A DNA stretch of 64,000 nt from a virus, in IMG/VR virus record IMGVR_UViG_3300018080_000105, positions 32,001-96,000 of that record; one strand, given 5' to 3'. Position 1 is the first letter of the stretch; each line of letters starts with the position of its first letter. Positions 44,979 to 54,900 of this stretch are shown piece after piece. The position numbers were made by a program, and so were the translations under genes. The notes below the pieces were generated by a model. It ran no database searches and was not told where the DNA came from. It saw only the letters and a program-made list of their open reading frames with translations.

Positions 44979-45371
44979 TTACGTCAAACCCAGTTCGGTC
45001 GCCCAACCTGGAGTCATCTCGCCAACAATGACGCGGCCGGGCGTGGTGTCAGTATCAATGACAAACGGAGAACTGTGATACAACTCTGGGATGTCATCCA
45101 GGTTGTCTTCCACAAATTTCTTAGACTTCAGCAGCTGCTCAACCGCGGCCACACCCATCGCGTCGAGATACGCCTGTACCTCCGCGATCGTGATCTCCGC
45201 GTTACCTTCACCGTCCTCAACGAACTTACGAATCTGCCAGAAGTTCTCGTACCCAGCACGCCATAAATCGATCATGCCGTCAGCGGTTTGCTCTGAGAAT
45301 TTGGTAATCGCTTCTGCGCGCAATTCCGCAACCGTGGTGTCCGATTTTGTGGGAGGCGTAAAGTGAGGCAT
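44979..45371 (-). CDS. Hypothetical acidic protein (possible fibre chaperone)
   Basis: 130 aa ORF directly downstream of the fibre-like gene. Confidence 0.6.
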   Translation of the reverse strand: MPHFTPPTKSDTTVAELRAEAITKFSEQTADGMIDLWRAGYENFWQIRKFVEDGEGNAEITIAEVQAYLDAMGVAAVEQLLKSKKFVEDNLDDIPELYHSSPFVIDTDTTPGRVIVGEMTPGWATELGLT

Positions 45372-45456
45372 AGCTCATTCCTTGAAATAGAAGCATCGCA
45401 AATCAGACGATAACACACCACAGTAACAAGGGCAACAGCCTGACAACCACGCTTGA

Positions 45457-46770
45457 TCAGCCCGCGGAGATTTTGAGCGTACCCGAATCATTCCACAGTT
45501 GATCAGCCACGGCAGGGTCTGACGTCGGCAAATTCGCCACCGACACAACCCCGTCATCACTGACCGAGAATTGCGACGTGCCGCCGACCTGCAAATCCAA
45601 AAGGTAAGACGCGCCAGGGCTGTTCGTATCTGTCTTATTGATCAACAGGCCTCGGTCATCTCCACTTGTCGACTTGTTGACCGTGTAGTTGATCGTCGCC
45701 ATTGCCTCGTCACCGGTGGCAGTAGACAACGTCGCGGCGAACGTCGGCGGTCCGCTCCAGGACTGCGCACCTGATGCGTACAGATAATGAAGCTCGCCAC
45801 CCGCGCGGAGTAAAAGATAATCCTCCGATTGTATAGAAACACGATTGCCTGCGTACCCGAGATCAATTTTGCAAGTCGCATTAGACAGGCTCTTGATGAC
45901 AGCCCCGGATCCTTCAATCGCAAGTCCGTTGATCGTCAAGTCACGAACCGTCCCTGTACCAGCTGCTTCTGTCGCAATTACGAAATTGTCCGCCGCTTGC
46001 CCGTACATCCGGAGACGTTCGTAGTTACTGTCGTCAGTGTACGTACCGTAAGCCGCAAACGACTGGCTGTTGCTGCCGTTTCGCAAATCCAACTGATTGT
46101 CTGCATCTGAATGGATGCAAGTCGCACCAGCCCGCAATTTAATCCCGACGTTCTCCGATGTACTACGCAGTTGAATGCCTGATGCGTCCCAGGTCCCCTG
46201 CCACGTACCTGCCCCGTAAAAACGTAAAGCACTGGCGCGATTCTCGACAAACGTCCCGTTCGTACCTACCCGACAATTGGTTGGGCCGTACAAGTGGTCG
46301 CCAGATATTTCATACCCGCTGTCACCAAACCCGCCGTCCCCGTCGGACATCTGGACAGCCCCCGCGTCGCCGGCACTGCCGCCCAACTCCAGCCAACTGG
46401 TTACCTGCTCTTTAGTAGCCCCCGTCGCCGGCCCGTCAGATTCCTCGAAGTTGGCTGCCATAGTCCCGGCCGGCAGCGTCAACGCCCCGCCAGTATTAGC
46501 CGCTCGATCGCCGCCGCACCACTGCCCCTGGTGGAACGCAAGGCCCAGTTCGCTGTCGTGACACTCCTGCCCGTAAACAATATCCGGCTGAGGGTCAGCA
46601 ATTTCCGCCGTCAGCTCGGGCGTGCTACAAGTGATTGACTTGGTAATCCCCATCCCGTCCACCCGAACGCGCACAAACCCGTTGACGTCATCATTCATGC
46701 ACGTCCCGGACGCCCCGTTGTACGGGTGGTGGTTGACGATACGAACGCGGTCGCCTTGCGAAAATGGCAT
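45457..46770 (-). CDS. Fibre/spike-like virion protein with an N-terminal KOW/SH3-like module
   Basis: G/S/T-rich beta-strand composition; C-terminal LPTSDP..LWNDSGTLKISAG; N-terminus similar to 18233-18699. Confidence 0.6.
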   Translation of the reverse strand: MPFSQGDRVRIVNHHPYNGASGTCMNDDVNGFVRVRVDGMGITKSITCSTPELTAEIADPQPDIVYGQECHDSELGLAFHQGQWCGGDRAANTGGALTLPAGTMAANFEESDGPATGATKEQVTSWLELGGSAGDAGAVQMSDGDGGFGDSGYEISGDHLYGPTNCRVGTNGTFVENRASALRFYGAGTWQGTWDASGIQLRSTSENVGIKLRAGATCIHSDADNQLDLRNGSNSQSFAAYGTYTDDSNYERLRMYGQAADNFVIATEAAGTGTVRDLTINGLAIEGSGAVIKSLSNATCKIDLGYAGNRVSIQSEDYLLLRAGGELHYLYASGAQSWSGPPTFAATLSTATGDEAMATINYTVNKSTSGDDRGLLINKTDTNSPGASYLLDLQVGGTSQFSVSDDGVVSVANLPTSDPAVADQLWNDSGTLKISAG

Positions 46771-46792
46771 AACAGCCTCCTTGCAGACCAGA

Positions 46793-46993
46793 TTATCCCT
46801 CTTCTTCGGCAGCTGCAGTTAGCGGGATACGGCGCCCGCATTTCCGGCAGACCGCCCACTCTTCTTTTTGCACCAGATTACGGCTGTGACAGTCCGGGCA
46901 ATTGTCCGGGCGATAGTGCACGCACCCCGATACATACCCGTAGTCAGTGTCAGCAGACAGTCGCCCACATTTCTCACAGTAAAAGCTCGACAC
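46793..46993 (-). CDS. Small zinc-ribbon protein
   Basis: CEKC, CPDC, CRKC; AGGAG SD. Confidence 0.65.
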   Translation of the reverse strand: MSSFYCEKCGRLSADTDYGYVSGCVHYRPDNCPDCHSRNLVQKEEWAVCRKCGRRIPLTAAAEEEG

Positions 46994-47068
46994 GATGCTC
47001 TCCTGACGTCCCCACTGTAACGAGTTTCCCGCAGAGCGGGAAGACGGGGCCGTTTGTCCCTGATAGCT

Positions 47069-47106
47069 AAAAAAAGGCCCTGCAGGCCCCTCTCGGGGCC
47101 AAGGGC
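47069..47106 (-). terminator. Intrinsic terminator ending the right-hand accessory transcription unit
   Basis: GCCCT-TG-GCCCC GAGA GGGGC-CTGC-AGGGC then C-TTTTTTT on the minus strand, immediately after a stop codon. Confidence 0.8.
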
Positions 47107-47409
47107 TCAGTAATCAACGGAGTCGGGGATTGGATCCGCTGGCCCTCTCCACGGAGATGCGCCGACCTCGGGTACCCCGCGGCGTTCCCAGTATGCCGCG
47201 TAGCAAGCAGGATGGACCGGAGAACCATCCCAGGTCCAATACGTTCGATTGCGGTAGCGCCCGAGAGGTTGACAACACAACACACACCGGAGATCTGGTT
47301 CAGGGTTCAGCGAGAAAAAGCAGGGCTCTCGCAGTCGCGGCAGCTGGTTGTCGAGCAACACGTAAGCGTTGAACAACATCCAGATCGAAAACCACACTCG
47401 CAATCGCAT
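47107..47409 (-). CDS. Small hypothetical protein (hydrophobic N-terminus, Cys-rich)
   Basis: Start reassigned to ATG 47409 after a GGAG SD. Confidence 0.5.
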   Translation of the reverse strand: MRLRVWFSIWMLFNAYVLLDNQLPRLREPCFFSLNPEPDLRCVLCCQPLGRYRNRTYWTWDGSPVHPACYAAYWERRGVPEVGASPWRGPADPIPDSVDY

Positions 47410-47422
47410 CCTGAACTCCGTT

Positions 47423-47833
47423 TCAAGACATGTCGATATGTCGATGCACCTCCGCCGGTTTCTCCCGCATCGTTCGCGCTGCCTTCTCCAATACCGCGAC
47501 CAGCTCTTCAATTTCATCAAAAGACCAGCCAGTCTTCGTTCGTAGGACGTAGAAATCACCTCCACCCGGTACCGCCTGCATAGTGATCTCCAGTATTTCG
47601 TGATCGGCTGTCGACCCGTCTGTGTTCCCTTCCTGCGTAAACCGGCTGACCTGCTCCTGCATCCAGGGATCTTCCGGGTGGGCGTCTTGCCTCGCCGCTG
47701 GTGCCGTTCGAGGTGGCCGAGCATACGCCGGTGGCGGGGTTACTTGGGGGGCCTGCTCTGCTGCCTGTGAAATCCGTTCGCGATTCTCCAACTCAGCCCT
47801 GAGTCGTTCAGTTGAATACTCGTTGAGTGACAT
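47423..47833 (-). CDS. Hypothetical phage protein
   Basis: 136 aa ORF with SD. Confidence 0.65.
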   Translation of the reverse strand: MSLNEYSTERLRAELENRERISQAAEQAPQVTPPPAYARPPRTAPAARQDAHPEDPWMQEQVSRFTQEGNTDGSTADHEILEITMQAVPGGGDFYVLRTKTGWSFDEIEELVAVLEKAARTMREKPAEVHRHIDMS

Positions 47834-47850
47834 GCTGCTTTCCTGCCGGA

Positions 47851-48330
47851 CTACGCGGGCGTCTCATCAGCTTCCGCATCAATCTGGTAGCACCCATCCG
47901 CGTCAATGGTACCTGTCACAATATCGCCGGTTTTGGCAACATGGTTGAACACTGACTGCAAAGACCGTTGCTGCGGTGTCAGGTTCGCCGAACGCGGATC
48001 AGCAGGATCAACCGGAATCGGAACATTGTCCACAGACACCCCCCGCGGTGGTAGCGAGGTCTCCTCTCCAGGCAACAAATACCGCCCAGTCATCAATCGA
48101 AAAATCGTCACAACCCACATGGAGCCACACGCCAACGTAGTGACGAGCGAAGCAATTTGCCAGAATTGTTGTACCGGGCGATCTGCCGACGACTGTTTGT
48201 TACCACTGGCTAAGTAAAAGACTGTTACCCACGCACAAACCGCACAAAGCAGCATTGCCGCCATCGAACACGCGCGGCCCACCCGCACACTTCTCAAATA
48301 CGCTTTTGTCTTCATCAGCCCTTCTTTCAA
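47851..48330 (-). CDS. Two-TM membrane protein
   Basis: Two hydrophobic helices. Confidence 0.65.
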   Translation of the reverse strand: MKEGLMKTKAYLRSVRVGRACSMAAMLLCAVCAWVTVFYLASGNKQSSADRPVQQFWQIASLVTTLACGSMWVVTIFRLMTGRYLLPGEETSLPPRGVSVDNVPIPVDPADPRSANLTPQQRSLQSVFNHVAKTGDIVTGTIDADGCYQIDAEADETPA

Positions 48331-48644
48331 TCAAGGTCCTGCACGTCCTGCCCCTCCGGCAAAATCGACGGCTGTACGCCGGGGCCTTGATAGACCCCCA
48401 ACATCATCCACAACATAATGGCGGACACAAACTGCTTCACCGGCAGCAATGACTCAAATACTGCCAATCGCCACCAGACAACATGAGTCCCAAGTAACGA
48501 CTGTAGATCTGGCAGCCAATAACGACTCCAATGCAACAGCAGGTACACCGGGTACGCCGTCAAGTAAAATACCACGACCAGTGAACAGAACAACCAGTTA
48601 GGCATTCGATCACTGAGGTGTGGCAGGCTCTGTTCGTCCTCCAT
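48327..48644 (-). CDS. Small membrane protein
   Basis: Hydrophobic segments; TTGA overlap. Confidence 0.6.
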   Translation of the reverse strand: MEDEQSLPHLSDRMPNWLFCSLVVVFYLTAYPVYLLLHWSRYWLPDLQSLLGTHVVWWRLAVFESLLPVKQFVSAIMLWMMLGVYQGPGVQPSILPEGQDVQDLD

Positions 48645-49329
48645 GACGCACCTCCTGCCTGGTTACCTGCGGGACTGTGACGATCGCTGATCGACCACCG
48701 TTACTTTGACCTCCGTCAACACAATCATCAGACGCAGAAACTGAAGAATCTGCTCCGCATCGTCCTTGTCCAAATGCGGCAGTGCCGCTCTCGCTGCTTC
48801 CAGCAAGTCTTCGTGGTTGCTCATTCAATTCCCATTCTTTCACACGTTGGCGAACCAGTATCAGCAGAAGCTCGACCTGGCGAGAATCACACCCGCTCAA
48901 ATCCACTTCGCTGTAATGCACCAGCAACTCGTCGTGCCAGTTCGTGGGTACACAGTCGGAGGCTTTCTCTGCCGGCGGCAGATCCTCTTTGGCAGGGAAA
49001 AGTGCGATCTTGAACAGTCGCATGTCTTCCATGTAGCCACCTGCATAAACGCACAGCAGGCACCCGATCGCCAGGAACAGCACACCCAGCGAATTGATAG
49101 TTTCAAGCGACACCATTTCAGGTGACATGGCCCATGCCCACATCACCAAAGTGCTCAATACCCCGTACAGTTTCAAAACCTGTGGAAATCCCACGGCATT
49201 CCCTTCCGTACTGAGATCCCAATAGCCCGTAATCATCCACCCGCCCAAGAGTGTACCTTGTCGGCGTGGTCGCTGGCGAGAGAGCCTGCGGGTCAACGTC
49301 CAAAATTTCTCCCAAGTAGCTCCAGGCAC
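48610..49329 (-). CDS. Membrane protein (boundaries uncertain)
   Basis: Two hydrophobic helices; both termini may be over-extended. Confidence 0.45.
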   Translation of the reverse strand: MPGATWEKFWTLTRRLSRQRPRRQGTLLGGWMITGYWDLSTEGNAVGFPQVLKLYGVLSTLVMWAWAMSPEMVSLETINSLGVLFLAIGCLLCVYAGGYMEDMRLFKIALFPAKEDLPPAEKASDCVPTNWHDELLVHYSEVDLSGCDSRQVELLLILVRQRVKEWELNEQPRRLAGSSESGTAAFGQGRCGADSSVSASDDCVDGGQSNGGRSAIVTVPQVTRQEVRHGGRTEPATPQ

Positions 49330-49485
49330 CGAGCACGGGCGGCCTTAATCTCGTAGATTCTGTAGCCTTTGCCGTCTTCAGGCGTGAAACGAATCACCAT
49401 CGAACCTTCATCGGCAACCACCAAAAACCGGCGACCGGACTCAATCGTGACAACCAACTGCGGGTCTTCCTCCATGTCACACTCC

Positions 49486-49890
49486 TCACTCAAATGTAAT
49501 ACACCGAACGCGGCGGGACGAAACGCCCGCAGTCTTTTGCCGCTCAGATCTTTCAGACGGGGTTTCGACGGAGACATGTTCGCCGTCGTGTGGTTGAAGA
49601 AAGAAAAGGTGCTGTGTCCCGTCAGGTGCAAACACTTCGATCTCGGTATCCGGGCTCAACCCGCCATCAATCAGCAGATCATTCCCAAACGTCCACGCGG
49701 CTGATTGCTCACTGCGCTCCTTCGTCAACACCGTCAAATTCTCACCACCCACAATCCGAGCGTAATACGTATTGAACGGAGGATTCTCGTCCCGCTCCTT
49801 CGCGCGGCTGCGCGACGAGAGTAAAGCCTCAACCATAGCCGAGCCCGAGACATGGACGTCGCCCCGCACCATCTCTTCCATCGACAACAT
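49486..49890 (-). CDS. Hypothetical protein
   Basis: 134 aa ORF following the dCMP deaminase. Confidence 0.5.
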   Translation of the reverse strand: MLSMEEMVRGDVHVSGSAMVEALLSSRSRAKERDENPPFNTYYARIVGGENLTVLTKERSEQSAAWTFGNDLLIDGGLSPDTEIEVFAPDGTQHLFFLQPHDGEHVSVETPSERSERQKTAGVSSRRVRCITFE

Positions 49891-49900
49891 CGATCAGCCC

Positions 49901-50413
49901 TCAAACAACAACGACTTGTCCTTGTATCAGAACTTCGTTCGTACCGCCCAGATCCAACTCCAGGCTGTCATGCTCGATCCCTGCCTCTGTCAGCATTGAC
50001 CGGCCAATTTTCACCTGGTCGTTCCAGACTTCGTGATCATGCTGCGGCAAGTGATGACCGATCACCCGGCGAATGCCGGTGTCAATAATCGCCCTCGCAC
50101 AAGGTGCGCAGGCATACCATGTGACGTACATGAACAGCCCTTCCGTCTTAATCCCCTTCCGGGCTGCAGCATACAACACCCGCCGCTCAGCATGCCCTGT
50201 GTATTCGTACTTCAACGGACGCTGTCGGCGGTCCGGAGTATCTTCCAGCTCCGGAGGAATATCATTAGCCGCGGCGACCAGAATCTCGCCGTCATCCGGA
50301 TCAATGAGCAAAGCACCCAACTGAGTGCTCTGATCGCCGGAATGGGAAGCAGCGTACGAGTACGCTTCAGAGAGATACCAGGCGTCAGTGCCAGGAACAG
50401 GATTCGACATCAT
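49901..50413 (-). CDS. dCMP deaminase (cytidine/deoxycytidylate deaminase family)
   Basis: STQLGALL, GHAE, YVTWYACAPCARAII, GIRRV. Confidence 0.9.
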   Translation of the reverse strand: MMSNPVPGTDAWYLSEAYSYAASHSGDQSTQLGALLIDPDDGEILVAAANDIPPELEDTPDRRQRPLKYEYTGHAERRVLYAAARKGIKTEGLFMYVTWYACAPCARAIIDTGIRRVIGHHLPQHDHEVWNDQVKIGRSMLTEAGIEHDSLELDLGGTNEVLIQGQVVVV

Positions 50414-50429
50414 AGCACTCCAATGTCAC

Positions 50430-50443
50430 GGTTCTTATTTACC
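50430..50443. promoter_or_regulatory. Repeated 14-mer, copy 3 (intergenic, 16 nt upstream of the dCMP deaminase ATG)
   Basis: GGTTCTTATTTACC, identical to 8173-8186. Confidence 0.5.
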
Positions 50444-50448
50444 ACAAG

Positions 50449-50925
50449 TCAATCAGCCGTCTCGAACGGCGGAGCGTCCGGCAGCGTCGGCGGAAGCCCG
50501 TCCCGCCACGCATTACCGGCTGCCGCCCGCGACAAATGGTCGACGCGAGAGTACAACTCTTCGGCGTCCGGGCCTTCGTGCTCAAAATCAGTAGCTCGAC
50601 ACGTTAGGTGCTGCGCCAACAGCAATGTGTAAATGAAGAGTTTCTTGTACGAGTGAGCACGTTCACCGACGGGAGTAGAGGCTTCCGCCTCCTGCAGCTG
50701 CGCCACGATATAAGCCATCATGACCTGCGACTTATCGGCACGTGACAGCGTCGGCTCAGCGATCACCTCTTCCAGCTGCTTGACCAGTTTTTCATTCTGC
50801 TCATTCAGTCCAATCGTCGCGGCAGCTGCCTTCATGTGTGAGTCAGCTTTAGCTCCCAGTAATTTCAACACAGAGTACGGAAGCGACATAAATCCTCCAG
50901 TCGGGAAGTTGTGAGCATCGATCAC
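50449..50925 (-). CDS. Hypothetical helical protein
   Basis: 158 aa ORF. Confidence 0.6.
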   Translation of the reverse strand: MIDAHNFPTGGFMSLPYSVLKLLGAKADSHMKAAAATIGLNEQNEKLVKQLEEVIAEPTLSRADKSQVMMAYIVAQLQEAEASTPVGERAHSYKKLFIYTLLLAQHLTCRATDFEHEGPDAEELYSRVDHLSRAAAGNAWRDGLPPTLPDAPPFETAD

Positions 50926-51608
50926 CGTGGCAACAGCATCGCACCACGCAGCATGGTCGGGTCGGCGGAAATGACAAAGTCACATCCAATGGTCGCAGCT
51001 TTGCGACCCTCTACCAAATCATCCACACCGTACGTACCGACTTTCACTTTGTGATGTTTGAACCGCTGCGCCTCGCCAACGCTGGCCCAGCAAATGTGAG
51101 AATTGACCGCATGAATCCATGGGTTGTCCCGCAAGTACAACGACGACGCCAACGCGGGGTCGACGACGTTCCAGATCATACGATGCGGACAACCCGCTTT
51201 TCGTAAGCGGTAAAGCAGGGAGGGGTTGAACGAGAGAATCTCCGTTTGCTCCGGAAGATCTGCCTGACACACCGCTGTAACGAGAGACGACATGTAAATA
51301 TCCGACAGATTGTGAACCTTCAGTTCCACCATCAGAATCGGGTTATCGTCAATCAGCTGTACCAACGTGCCAAGCTCTGGCAAGTTGATCCCTGCGTCCC
51401 AAAGTTCGTTACGTCGCACAGTGGGAATGTAGAGTTCTTTCCCGTCATTCGACGTCTGTAACGGGTCGTGCGTCAGCATCAGGTAACCGTCAGACGTCAT
51501 CACCACATCGACCTCGACGTGAGTAACGCCTTCCGCCCTCGCGGCCATCACCGCATTCATGGTGTTCTCGGCACCAAATCCTATCCCGCGGTGTGACGCG
51601 AATCGCAT
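50922..51608 (-). CDS. Glycerophosphodiester phosphodiesterase (GDPD)
   Basis: SHRG..ENT..VEVDV..TSDG..LTHD; MVELK. Confidence 0.88.
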   Translation of the reverse strand: MRFASHRGIGFGAENTMNAVMAARAEGVTHVEVDVVMTSDGYLMLTHDPLQTSNDGKELYIPTVRRNELWDAGINLPELGTLVQLIDDNPILMVELKVHNLSDIYMSSLVTAVCQADLPEQTEILSFNPSLLYRLRKAGCPHRMIWNVVDPALASSLYLRDNPWIHAVNSHICWASVGEAQRFKHHKVKVGTYGVDDLVEGRKAATIGCDFVISADPTMLRGAMLLPR

Positions 51609-51850
51609 TGTTCATCCTTCTTTGCAGTATTGACCTGCAAGCAGCGGTCGTTGTATCTCCAGTTCGGCAACCGCCTCGCATCAAAGAACTCTTTGACAGG
51701 TCGACCATTGAACGGTCCCAACGGTGTCGTGTCGTCATGCTCCGGATTAGATTCGATGATCCCGTCCGTTACCTGGAAGAACGTAGACTGCCGAGTGGTA
51801 TGTTCAATCCAGGCGTAACGGTACAGACCGTCGATATTTGTGGTCATCAA
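51581..51850 (-). CDS. Hypothetical protein
   Basis: 89 aa ORF. Confidence 0.5.
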   Translation of the reverse strand: MMTTNIDGLYRYAWIEHTTRQSTFFQVTDGIIESNPEHDDTTPLGPFNGRPVKEFFDARRLPNWRYNDRCLQVNTAKKDEQCDSRHTAG

Positions 51851-51901
51851 CCCCTCCTCGCCCGCCGGATTTTACCCGGCGGGCACTTCAGTGCAAGTTA
51901 G

Positions 51902-54900
51902 CTAGTTGAGGATCAGAAAATCGTAATTGAGCGGGTCGTTTTCATATTCTCCGTCTACTGCCCGTTCTGCAGCTTCCGGGTCATCAAAGCGCCACTCCAA
52001 CTGACAACTGTCGTACTGCTCACACGCGTCAGTCAGCACCGTTGCCCCGGGAGTACCCTCCGCGTTGTCCCCCAGGTGATCCCAGCCACCATCCCAGAAC
52101 CCGACGCCGTGACCGTTGCGTGTCATGTTGAAAGCATGACCGGCCGCAGATTCACGGTTCTCGAAATACTGACAGTGATCCTGGTAGAAACACCAAGCGT
52201 CTCGCAACACCGCATAGAAATCACCAGTCGACGCGACGGCCTGCGCAGCAATCTCCAAGTTTGGATCCATGCCGAGCAACGGACAAGTCGAGTCATCGTT
52301 GTCGTCATTACCGCAAACCGCAAATGATGCCAAGCTGTGAATGTAGCCGTCCCAGAATGCGTTGAACCCGGGATCATCCGTCAACATCAGCAACGGCAAT
52401 CGAGGATTGTCTTCGATGCTGATTGCCCAAGTGTTATCGTCAAATACCAGCGTAATCCGTGTCGTACGATCCACTGATAACGCACGCAACAACCCGTTCT
52501 GGCACGACGGGTCAGTCCACAACCCAGCATCCCGACCTGCTGCGGCCCTCCAGAACATTCGGCCGTTCTCAAACGGAGTCAAATGCACACTGGGCATGAG
52601 GTGTTGATACCGGTTAGCAAACGCACACACTTCGTCGCACAACGGGTTGAACAAAGGTTCATCCGAAAACAACCCCACAACAGCATCCGCCGCATCATGG
52701 TAACTATCCTCCCAATCAGCAAACCGGCTAGGCAGCCTCTCAGAGATATGAAACCCAAGTTCGTACAGATATCCTCGCAGAAAATCCTGTTCAAACTGCT
52801 GCATCCGTTCAGCCACAGTTGACGGGTCGTCTGCCAAGAGCTCGATCGTAGGGTATGACGACTGCATCAAGACCGGAGAGCTTGGCTGTTCAGCGTAACG
52901 CACCCAGAAGGGCTGAAATTGTGTAGCCCAGATTTCCCGCCAATTTATGCTACTTTCCTGCCACAAACGGGCATTCCATTCATCAATATCCGGCGTACTG
53001 ATGTGATTCCTCGCATAGAAGAACGACATCCCGACATCGTGCAAATGTAAGTCATGATCGAGCACATCTTCTGCCACACTCTGGTAAACAGTCATGCACT
53101 CATCGTGGATCTCCTGCAGCAAATCAAAGCGGATCCGTCGCAGGGTGTCGAACAGGAACGCGCGATTACCATCATCAGATGGAAACACACGTTCGTCATC
53201 TTCGTTAAGCACATGTAACTGCATCGCTGCCAGGTAGCCGTCCATGAACACATGATAACCCGGAAGGTTACCATTTGATGGATACTGCGATCGACACAAC
53301 ACCGCGGCAGGCACCTCAGTTACCGCCCGAGGGTACACGCGCAACCAGCAAGAGCTGTAGGAAATCGTATCCGGTGCCGCCTGCCCTGGCATACCAGTCA
53401 TCCATCCCTGCACCGGCCAGTTGTTTTGCATGAGTGCCAAAACATACCCAGCCTGTGCCGGGTTTGAAACCTGGCCCGGCCGAGTAAGGTCCGCCGTCGC
53501 CACCTGCTGGATGTTTGCCAACACGGCTGCATCTCCCGGCGAACAACTCACACGTCGAGTGACGTAGTGCAAAAACTCAACGTAGTTGATCGTACGAAAA
53601 TCAATTTCAACATCAGGAGCCACCACTGCCGTCACCATCAGCCCCATCACGTAACCATCCCAAGCCATCCTCATCTCAGACGTTTGCATCTCAGACGGGT
53701 AATACCTCATGAGGCCTGTTGCCTGGTTTGCATCCGGATGCGGACACTGTCGCAGTGTCAGCGCGGTCCAGTCGTTACCCTGCCCGTCGACTTCAAACCA
53801 AAATGGTGCTTTCGTCCACGCCAGTTCACGCAACTGCGTGATGTACAGTTGCTCGTACTCCGGATTCTCGGGCAGCGTGATACGGTTCAGAAAAGAGCAG
53901 AATGCCATCCCGTAATAAAAGTAGGTGCGATCAGGCGCCGGTTCTTCTGAATGCGTCAAAACTTCAAAGCCCTGCCGCAACAGATCAACCAAATCCCTCA
54001 CCGCCTCATGCTGCTCCAGAAACACCATAAGCTGACCCTCATGGTAGCGCAAATTCAAATAATCCGCATCTACCAGTCGCACAAGGCTACCGTCGTAGTT
54101 GCGGGTCAGCGTCCCCGTCGCCTCCAGGAAACCTCTCGCAAAATCTACAAAGTCAGACGGTCGATTAAAAATCTGTGCCTGCTCCTCCACAGTGCGAGAG
54201 TAATACTCCAGCGACGTCTGCCACTGAGTCGCTGCCGGCGCTGGTGGTTCGTTCATGTGTTGCCGCTCGAAACCAGCTCGCGGAGAACTGACTTCACTGA
54301 CAATTTCATACACCACCTCTGCGTCCGGCAAAGCTGGATGATCACCGACCCTCGCCGCGGCGAGAACGATTCGCCACTGGGGTTGCTGCGCCGCCCAGTT
54401 AGCAATTCGCAACCGCACATCCGCAGGCAGCGTACCTACCCGCGTCGCCAACGTATCGCTAATCATGTGATCTTCTGCGTTCAACGCCCATGCGGCCGCG
54501 GCCCCGAACAACCACTCCTGTGCTGCTGGAACATTTCCCGCACACCGACTGCAGTAGTTCATGAAAAACGTCCGCTTGTCTTCGAGAGTTTGGTTGTGCT
54601 CTAAGTAGCTCTGCACCGTTTGGCGACGGATATGAGGATCAGGTATCGCCCCGAATCCCTGGGCCTGCGACGCGACAACCCACAACCCGGATAAGAACCC
54701 ATGAAACGCTGCGTCAAACGACGAATCACCATCCGCCAGCATTGGCGGATCCTCGTTACCAAAAACCTGTACCGGTGGAGGCGGATCATCCACCCGTCGC
54801 ATCTCTGCCGGAGCCGGCATCAACAGCACCGGATGGGCGGGGTATCGCACACCATCTGAAAGCTCCACTTCCATCGTGGGCCGCTGCCCGTCAATTGTAT

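Noticed and set aside
45457-45520. DPAVADQ shared between the fibre C-terminus and Reb-like paralog A
   Set aside because: Only 7 aa in different structural contexts; most likely coincidence.
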